From Sphaeroforma arctica JP610 (lineage: Eukaryota): a DNA stretch of 32,244 nt. The position numbers and the translations under genes are program-made. Shown in pieces: positions 23,501-32,244 of this stretch. The stretch is from contig NW_014040543.1 of NCBI RefSeq assembly GCF_001186125.1, forward strand, positions 132,299 to 164,542, read 5' to 3'. The notes below the pieces were generated by a model. That model was not told where the DNA came from. It worked only from the letters and a program-made list of their open reading frames with translations, and ran no database searches. Numbering within the stretch: the first letter of the stretch is position 1; every line of letters starts with the position of its first letter.

Positions 23501-24115
23501 CCTTGATGCCTGATTCAGACGCAGTCTGCAATTACTTCCCAGGAGCCCCGGTGTGCGATTCGCATGCCTCCGAAGCAACAACTGAAGTTGCCGCCGGATA
23601 TGAGCTTGTATGGGGCACCACCTCAAAACTGATAACGGTATGATGTCCCCCCACGACTTGCTTAAGTATTTTAAACTGCAAATAACTGAAATAATACCAC
23701 ATTCATCAAAGATGAGACTCTCTTCTGCTACGTTATTTTGGGCTCTGGCACTCTCAAAATACAGGCACTCGCCTGCGAGTGCATGGTTACATTCTTTTGA
23801 ATTGAACGTAAACAGATCACAATTGACATCTTTTCATTGCTGTATTATATTAAATAGGCGCTACCTTTGGGTATTCCGGGCTCACATATGCACGTGTGCC
23901 AAGAGTTCGGCACTGTTCCTGGAATTATGGTGGTAAATGCTTTGGTTCTGGAGAACATGGCCTATCACTACGGCACGAGTGGGGTATCTCGTGAGACTTT
24001 TCAACAAGGACTTCGAGATGCTTTCTACGTACGAAATGATGCATGGGAAGAGTTGGTCCGTGCAAGAGGCGCGCTAGTACTTGAGCAAGCCATAGTAGGT
24101 GTATCCAAGGCCTGA
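20550..24115 (+). CDS. Putative secreted or membrane-anchored M14-family zinc metallopeptidase (DUF2817-like), 413 aa, 8 exons
   Basis: Exons 20550-20775, 21298-21420, 22106-22263, 22427-22515, 22783-22889, 23060-23145, 23443-23637, 23858-24115 (TGA); phases consistent, total 1242 nt. Hydrophobic N-terminus MGVTVYFLGAVIVALLGVW. Motifs: YEEARDKFRAA, SGTHGVE (HxxE Zn ligands), LNPYG..RRFNENSVDLNRN, GQY..PKGIFYTG, DVHTGLG (third Zn ligand) and QEFGT (likely catalytic Glu). Confidence 0.88.
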
Positions 24116-24146
24116 GGAAATGGAGCGCAGGCGTTCCTACTTTCTA

Positions 24147-24152
24147 AATAAA
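24147..24152 (+). promoter_or_regulatory. Candidate polyadenylation signal AATAAA for the peptidase gene
   Basis: AATAAA about 30 nt after the TGA stop. Confidence 0.35.
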
Positions 24153-26690
24153 AGTCTCAAACCAACATCTAATTGGTGTCACCTATAGTGGTGAGTAATC
24201 CTGCATATGTTTCTTCCGTTTTTACACTCGTAAAATTAATGAGTAACAAAATTGTGAAATTGATGGAAACATAGATTCAAAATTGTGGCCAAATTAATCT
24301 ACCTAGAATCAGGGTTCCTTTCTTGTCCAAAAATATTTGGGGTGATTCCCTTGACATTCCGACTGGATATGCTTAAACCGATATCGGCTCTTCCCGTAGC
24401 GGCAGAATATCTGCTGCTAAATTCTAGATTTTAGCTAGATGCGGTATGTGTATGAGGCAGGCGAGGCATGTCCATCGCAAGGTTGAACAATACCTGCGTG
24501 GCTGTCAAGTAAAGACATCTCGGCTGTGTTAAGAACCCAATTCGCTGAGATAGAAAACAATTGATAGCTACGATTGGCAATGCGAAAATGTAACGAACAC
24601 CCACTACGCGAGTATAGTGATGCAATCGGTTCGAGTTTAGTATATACAAGATTTTTGTAAAGATAAAATATATTTTCAAGGCGCAATCCTGGGCTGCACC
24701 TCATGTCACGAGCTTTTGCTGCACTGAGGATTTAAACCTAGACATACTAGACTTCTCATTGATTATGTTCCATTGACATGCACGATTGTAATCGGCGAGT
24801 AGGAAGTTAAAAACGACTTAGTAAAACAATTTAGGATCGGATACTCCAATGCAAATAATCAAGAAATACAATTTAAAGTCAAGCAATACACTTTACTTAT
24901 ACATCAGTCGGTCATAGACCGTTGTTGCCACATATTTTATTTACATTTACGACAACTCGGCATCTCCATATTCCATTTTTAAACCCCTTTTCTATTTGTG
25001 GATCTGTTGAAAGGTGAAAGGGATGAAGGCCGTGAAGTCATGGACTCATGATGCACATGAAGCTCACTATCCTCGCTCATCATACTGTAGACTACTACTA
25101 CTACTAGTAGAGTAATCTGCTTTAATATCTATATTTAGAGTGTACTTGGAACTCAAGGCTCAAAACTGAGAGTACCGACCTCTCTCTAGGCTACAGAGAC
25201 CGACCTGGGCTACAGAGTACAGTACTACTGTATTTACTATTTATATATTTAAGAGATTTTAGAGTAGGAGTCTTACCTAGTAGGCTAGTACCCACTATCC
25301 AAATTCAAAATTGGATGCTCCCCTTCTCGTTCTGTGTGGATCAGTGATCGATCAGAAGACTGTAAAAAGTAAACAAGTAATTTTTATGTTTATCTGGGTC
25401 ATCCGTGGCTTCGGAGTACGGAAAAATATACTATATACTTATAAAACTTAAAAAGTTCAACAATCAAAAAGCTTCATTTTATTGTCGTTTGGTGAAATTA
25501 GTAATAACACATACATATTTGTTAATTTTTATACATTGTTTTGAAATAACAACAAAACAAAAATACTATTGACACACAAGAAGAAGACTGTTCGACAGTT
25601 CGACTCGGTTATTTATTTATCAGTATTGGCTATTGAGCATTCAGTCGTGTTGGCTCATGAGTCATGAGTCATGACTGTTGTGCTCAGTTCAATCTCAGCC
25701 TTCAGACTTCAGTGCGAGTTCAGAGTGACTTCAGTTCTATTTGTTGTTTAATTTAAAAAAAAAATACTTTTTTTAAGTTTGTCACAGGATTCCCAGCAGA
25801 GGCCAGAGATCCAGTCACTGACTCGCGTCTCAGACTTCCATCATCCATCCTGTGTAATTGACTATTTAATTGTGTACAGTATGTATACTGTATAGTGTAT
25901 ACATACATTTTGTTTTTGTTATAGAAAAACAAAAGAGCAAATAAAATTCAAACAATCAACGAATCAATGATTAGAAGAGTTTTTTAAGACTTCCTCTTGT
26001 ATTTGTATCTGACCTTCTGGTAAACGTTTCCGACCCCTGTGTCGGAAACCGATCACTCTAAAATATCTTTAAAAGTCTCAGCTTCAGATTTGTCAGAGAG
26101 TTTTCGAGGAATTTGAATTGAAAATATTTCATAAAATATCGTTTACCAGAGGTAAGACGAACAATATTTGTATGTAGGAAACAGACAAACAAGAGTGTTG
26201 TTTTGTTAACAAAAAGGATTCAATAATGTCGAAAAAAAAAAATAGTAATTCAGGCGCCAATGAAACGTCGAAGTGCCTTATTTTACATACAGTTCTGCTG
26301 CGCCCGTCCCCGTGACCCGCGTCCCGCCGTCCCGACGTCCCGACATGCCACAATATATATATAGCAAAAGTCAGTATAAAAATAAGTACAAATGTAAATA
26401 TAAAATATACTCAAAACAGCAATGAAGCTTTGATACATAGTAACGTGTACGAACCAAAAAAAAGAAGTCTCGGTGATCTTGATGACGTGAGAGAGATTAA
26501 TAATATTTTACACGGGGCAATCCCTTTTTGTTGTATTTAGAAAGCCGCGGCGGATTACTCACCTCTGGATCTACCAGGGATATACTGTCGAAAATTGCAC
26601 TATTAGCAAAGTTTCGCATATAAAAGTCACTATATTGAGTGTATTCTATCCATTGCCTATTTGAACCTGATACTATCAACACGGGCATAA

Positions 26691-28475
26691 ATGTTTCTCG
26701 TCACCACACTTGTTCTCGCAGTCGCTGCGTCTCTCGATGGCCAACCAATTGACACGCCAATTGGTACTGCGAGAACTACTACGTTAGGCAACAATTGTGC
26801 CACATGTGAGAACGGAATTTGGCTTCAATCGGGAAACACATGCTACGATAACCTAGCCTTGGCCATCTACTCGAACTTCGCAAACGAACCTTTATACATC
26901 TCTGGAACAATCGAAGTTGAGAACGAAATCGCGCTTCTGTCCAGTATCAAATTGGTTGGGAGTAGTTGCGGCGCAAGCATATCAAAGCCTAAGATTGTAT
27001 CCAGAATAGATGATGACTATGATGCCATATTTGTGCTATCAGGTCAGGATGGTGCCACCTATCATTTTGAGAATATACATTTCGAAAATGGTGACGATCG
27101 GTCTCGCTTGATCCGTACAGGTATGTTTAAAAAAATTTCGTATTAATGTTACAAACTTTCTCTCGGATCGAAAATTCACTATACCTAGTTGTTCCTCAGA
27201 CTTTTCGACAATTTTCATGTATTGGTCGAACGATGTGGAATGTGGCAATGATTGACCACATACATATAGATGGTACCTTTATGGTTGTGATATAGAGGTC
27301 ATGTTTGATCCAATAGATGATATAGAGGTCAAAAATGTGCGACCCTGAGAGGTGTTTTGTTGTGCATCCATATCCACGTGGGAACACAATCATTCGCAGT
27401 TCTTGCTGAGTATAATTATTAAACCAAATACAGAACAATTCGCATGGCTGTGGATGCTTGCGCTAGCATACAAGGGTACATACCGCACATGTTTATTCAG
27501 TGTGCACTATATCTTGACGATGACGATATACTCGAATAGTACACGAGAGCTTCGCGAATAGTACATGAGAACTGACATGCTTGCACACTGAATATTTCTG
27601 TTGGGTATACAGCTGAAGTGGACGAGGATCAAGAGGAAACAGATGATGCGGGCTGGTCGGACATGCCCGCATACAATCTTGCACTTATCGACATCGTTGC
27701 CGAAAAATTTGAGACTAAAGCAAGAGGTGGATCTGCCGTATTCATGCAAGTCGCAAGAAGTGTACTCATAGACGGTTCCACATTCTCACAAAACAATGTG
27801 GCTGACCCCGGGAAAGAACTTTACGGTGGAGGTGGTGCCGTGTGGATCCACGAGGTTCCCAAAGGTAACTCTGTGGTTGTCCAAAACTCGATATTCACTG
27901 AAAATACGATGGAATTTGAACACGGACTAGGAGCAGCTTTCTACATAGCACACATTGATGGGGCGGCGAGCATACTCAATTGTGTGTTCAGGGACAACGC
28001 TGCTGCAGACGGCGCCGCCATTCATATTTCTCGAACGGATACCAGCGGTAGTGTGATCATCAACAGCACTTTTCAGAACAATAGAGCCGCTTCTGACTGG
28101 GGTGCACGTGGCTCTGCGCTGCGCTTCAAGTACATCTACGGTAGTGTGTCAATTGATGGTGTCTATACAGATAACGAGACCGCCGACGGCAGATCCCTCA
28201 TAGCAAACAATAGGGTTGGATCAGGTGCGTCAGTGCGCTTAGCAGGTACTTTTATCAACAACGATTGTCGACAGGGAGGCGCGGTGTGGGATTCGCACAT
28301 GGAGTTTGGTGGGGTCATGACAATTAGCAGTGGTACATCAATGGTGGACAATGACAGTGATGTCAATCCTGGGACAGTGATACGTCTTGCGGGGGCGAAC
28401 GAAGGCGATGCGACGACCTATAAGTCAGCGGATTGGGTAAACAGTTTGACAGAAGATACTATGATCACGCTCTAG
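26691..28475 (+). CDS. Secreted right-handed beta-helix protein with Pmp/POMP-like GGA(I/V) and FxxN repeats (pectin-lyase-like fold), 430 aa, 2 exons
   Basis: Exons 26691-27120 (ACA G|gtatgt) and 27613-28475 (tacag|CT GAA); phase consistent, total 1293 nt. Signal peptide MFLVTTLVLAVAASLDG and a Cys-containing N-terminal segment. Alternating motifs FSQN/GGAVW, FTEN/GAAFY, FRDN/GAAIH, FQNN/GSALR and FINN/GGAVW. The fold assignment is inferred from these motifs. Confidence 0.8.
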
Positions 28476-28482
28476 TTGCAGT

Positions 28483-28680
28483 TGTAGATCAATACTTCAA
28501 ACCAGGGTACATCTGTAGATCAATGCTCCAAACCACGATGTAGTTGTAGATCAATGCTCCAAACCACGATGTAGTTGTAGATCAATGCTTGAAAACATAA
28601 TTTAATTGTAGATCAAATCTTTAAACCACTAGGTATCTGTAGATCAATGCTTCGAAACAAATTTAATTGTAGATCAATAA
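28483..28680. repeat. Minisatellite with 31-bp period, 7 copies of the core TGTAGATCAA, immediately after the beta-helix gene stop
   Basis: TGTAGATCAA starts at 28483, 28514, 28545, 28576, 28607, 28638 and 28668. Confidence 0.9.
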
Positions 28681-29061
28681 AATTTATAAGAATTAAGAAT
28701 AATAAGTGGTCTTCTGTGGACACACCTCGCGCATGCAAACTAGATGCAGCCAAATCAAATTCTTTACTACGTTCTGCTACAATAATTAGTACGGAATAGT
28801 GATCCATCACATACAATTAGTATACTTTATCGTATTGTGAAAACATTGTTTTCAGCTTCGTCCTTGTTCATTGAGGAAACGAATCTTGTTGACGATGGTT
28901 TCCAGTTCATACTTAGCTTGGATAAACTGCTTTCGACTGCCACTTAACCGAAGGAGGTTTTACCATCAATGTACTAGCATCCATCTATGTATTGTCATCC
29001 ACCTATGTACTATCGGTTATTACTTTATGTACTATATTTTATAGTATGCTAAACAACATAA

Positions 29062-31859
29062 TCATACTACAGACCCTGATAAAATCTTCTTTAGAGTTTT
29101 ATCCTGTCGAAGAGCCATATCCACCGCCGTAGCATCTGTGTTTAGCCGAATCCGTCGATGAAAATCAGTGACGCAGGGCTCCGAGTGTATCACCTGTTTT
29201 AGGGTCGGGGTAGGTAAGGGATTATGAAACAATAAACACCAGAAGCACCCTCAGGCACCTGTACCAATTCGTTAATTTGTCAGCCGCCCCAAAGATTATG
29301 CAGCCGTGCTCTTGCGGCGACTAACAATGTAGGCAACAATTCTTATTCTGCGACAGAAATCGACGATACACTTTCATTTCGCAGATGACCATTTCACTGC
29401 GAGTTGCAGGGGCGTTTGGTGTCGTGAAGGTGGGGGCATGTACACCTTAGTCAGATGATCAACAATGATTTGATAATAATGATTAAAAATAATTTAAAAA
29501 GGGTGGAGATCACTACGCCTTATATGTATGTGATTGTTTTAAACATTTTACACACAAGACGTAGAGATCATTGCCCTGGATTCTTACAACAGCACGACTG
29601 CATTTCTCTATGCGTACCCTCATTGCCGATAACACCCGAGCGATGCCAGATATCTGACTCTCCGATGGCGAATTGAAAGAATGTGATTTGCAGATCTTCA
29701 GGAATTGACCGATAATCTGGTGCAACCGTGCCTCTTCCATACCTGAACGTTTCAGTACCTGAGACGTTCAAGAGGTTAAAGGTACAGAACAGTGTCTTGA
29801 GATAATGCGCACACAGCAGGACACACAACTGTTCTACTGTGAGGCAATAGCAGTTGTCCATGATAGCTATAGCCGTAAGAGTAGGATGTAAAGCGTACCT
29901 CTAATGCTGATATACTATGGTGTAAACTGAGGGAATGTGCTCCACATTACCCATAGGCTACAACATACTGCGCGAGGCGTAGTGTGTTGTGCGTCGCTGG
30001 TTGCAAGTTTATGTTTTACCGCATGCGGGAGAATTGTGAGAAAAAACTGACCAATCCTACGAATGCCACAGTCTGCATATAGGTGTATGCGAGTACAAAG
30101 GAGCCATTCGCGCAAGTAACATATGCGAATCAATATTTGGCAGGTGGTAAAGCAGAGACTGCGAGGGGCCATTTCCAATAGCACAACATAGGCGTTTTGC
30201 TAAGACCTACATGAATGCGCATAGGAAAAGAAAAGCGATTATGCAAGATATACGTGGATCATACGTCAAGCAATATTAGCAGCTGAAGGTCTTCTTCACG
30301 TAGCACTAATACACAATATCGCTAGAATTGTGTTTAGTTCCGTCGGGTCGGTAGCTTGTGCTATCGATAACGTAGCCATGACTACCACGTGTTTGTTGAC
30401 TTACCTGGAGCAGTGAGACCAGAAAAAGCTGTTGTTGCCAGCTACTGTTGCGTACACTTACAACGGTCGTGTTCTTATGCATCCTCTTGATCACGGCGTC
30501 TATTTCCGGGATACCGACCTTCCGAACACATGTGAATGGGTATGGAAACGGGAACAGGCTGAACACACAACATCACAAGCAAACACATCCGCTACGGTTC
30601 GCTTAACAATACTCAACCGTTCAATCAATCAGCGCCTCTGAGGTATCAAGTATGTGCTTGTGGGCGCTCACAGAATTAAAAAGGTCCGGCGAGACTAAAA
30701 TACCCATGTAGCAGTTAGAACCACTTCAAGTTGCAACTCAACGCCCCAGTGTGTTTTTGACCGTCCTATGCATGTAACATCCCTTCAACACCATGTTTCG
30801 AAGAGATAAGCACACGAACACAGACATAATAAACCACTGTGATACGATCACAGCATCCTAACGGGCACGTATTTACTAGCACACCAAGTATCCCTTCCTG
30901 TCCTCACCTTTTTGAGTTCACCTTCTGCCCTCTCCTGGGCCATCTCAGTTGCGGCGCGACAAATATCCAAACACCTCCGAGCATCACCTGATGTAGCGGC
31001 TATCTTACGCGCACACAGCTCTATGGCTTCGGGCTGATGGGCAGTGTTGTGGGGGTCAGAAGAGATCGATTAATACACTAGCACAATAAATGGATATGTT
31101 CAGGCTTTTGGTTGGTTCAATGACCTCAGTTTGGAGGTGATAGGGCCAAGAGCCGGTCAGTATATGGTCCGTATAAAGTATAAAAATGATAGATTAGTAG
31201 GTAAACATTATTGCAGGAATAAGCGTAGATGAAACAAGATGAACGTTATAGTTGACAAGATACACATTAATATTTGTGTTGTCCAAACAAGCGTGCAAGC
31301 GCTGAGGGATTACTGTCTTTGATGCTTGACCCATACAATTAGCGCATACACAACGACAGACCCAGCGCAACAACGCGCTACCAAGCCAAGTACCATAACA
31401 CTACGTTATACTCGACAGACACGCCTTAGAAACTTTCAATTAAAACCATTCTTGTTGTGTCAGACACACCACATCTTTTCGATAAACAGATCATACTGTT
31501 TAAGCAATCCCCCTAACGAAGTGTCGCAGAAATCGTCTGGGTCTGTGACAATACGCACAAACACACACAAATACACACGCGCACAAACACACACACATAC
31601 ACACACGCATATATCTATATATATATATATATTATAAACCCACATGACAAGCCCATTCAACGAGCACACCTTAAACACGACCAGATTTTCTAACCGGGAC
31701 GTGACGATAATCTTCAGCTGTTCATGAGTGTAGGGTTCAAAGGTTACTCTGTTCATGCCGAGTCGAGAGGCTTCCTTGTTGGTTAGAAGTCTCTCTGGCA
31801 AGTCCATAGTGTTTGCGATGGTCAATACAACCAGCCGGGCGTGCTTGCTCATCGGCCAA
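29062..31859 (-). CDS. ORC1: Origin recognition complex subunit 1 (Cdc6/Orc1 AAA+ family); 5'-partial, last 5 exons
   Basis: Minus-strand exons: 31859-31670 ([49 protein letters not shown]), 31033-30908 ([24 protein letters not shown], sensor II), 30518-30405, 29758-29618 and 29193-29062 ([22 protein letters not shown]). All GT-AG and in frame. ANTMDLPER and the C-terminal RIRLN..V..AL pattern favour Orc1 over Cdc6. Confidence 0.9.
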
Positions 31860-32183
31860 CTGTATGGGATGAGAGTACTAGTGAGCTGGATAATAACTTA
31901 TGCAGGTAATGGGGAAACCCACTAAAATGGCAAACACTATGTACAGTTGCATATCTTTGTATTTGAACATAGTACAACAATAACCGCAAGGGGATGTTTG
32001 TCACTATGCCATTTACTAATGTGATTTTTGAAGTGTGCGTGGGGGAGAACTAATTTGCGTGACATTTTGTCTAAACCCAACATCGATAGACGATTCTAGA
32101 CTATTTACACGAACCGTCGTACTACCCACATCCGGAAAAACGCAGAGATATTCTGACCCTGCGGTATAGTGACATGCTCGGGC

Positions 32184-32186
<3 letters not shown>

Positions 32187-32219
<33 letters not shown>

Positions 32220-32244
32220 CACACACACACACACACTATATATA
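32187..32244. repeat. (TA)n/(CA)n microsatellite, probably inside an ORC1 intron; a similar tract lies at about 31555-31632
   Basis: Dinucleotide runs read directly. Confidence 0.9.

Noticed and set aside
28483..28680. CRISPR-like array (GTTGTAGAT resembles the 3' end of Cas12a repeats)
   Set aside because: The core is only 10 bp, the linkers are homologous to each other rather than unique spacers, there is no repeat hairpin and no cas gene, and the context is eukaryotic.
29062..31859. Calling the minus-strand AAA+ gene CDC6
   Set aside because: [21 protein letters not shown] and the C-terminal RIRLN motif fit Orc1 better; Cdc6 typically has ANALDLTDR.

Overview
Eukaryotic, intron-dense genomic DNA with GT-AG introns and several CTAAC-type branch points. 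The overall character suggests a unicellular opisthokont such as an ichthyosporean, but that is inference only. I reconstructed four spliced genes by hand with consistent reading frames. (1) RNA polymerase II largest subunit RPB1, + strand, 32 exons at 212-17667; the N-terminus lies upstream of the window. (2) A signal-peptide-bearing M14-type/DUF2817-like zinc metallopeptidase, +, 8 exons, 20550-24115. (3) A secreted Pmp/pectin-lyase-like beta-helix protein, +, 2 exons, 26691-28475. (4) The 3' part of ORC1, - strand, 5 exons, 29062-31859. Two observations stand out. All four introns inside the RPB1 CTD sit at exactly the same heptad position (TAC AG|gt...ag|Y, inside the Ser2 codon), giving internal exons of exactly 7, 10 and 3 heptads. 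Also, the exon end encoding the Pol II trigger loop, together with its 5' splice site, has been tandemly duplicated into the following intron as a mutated copy. Several minisatellites and two assembly gaps are present. I recognised no RNA genes, transposons or CRISPR arrays.
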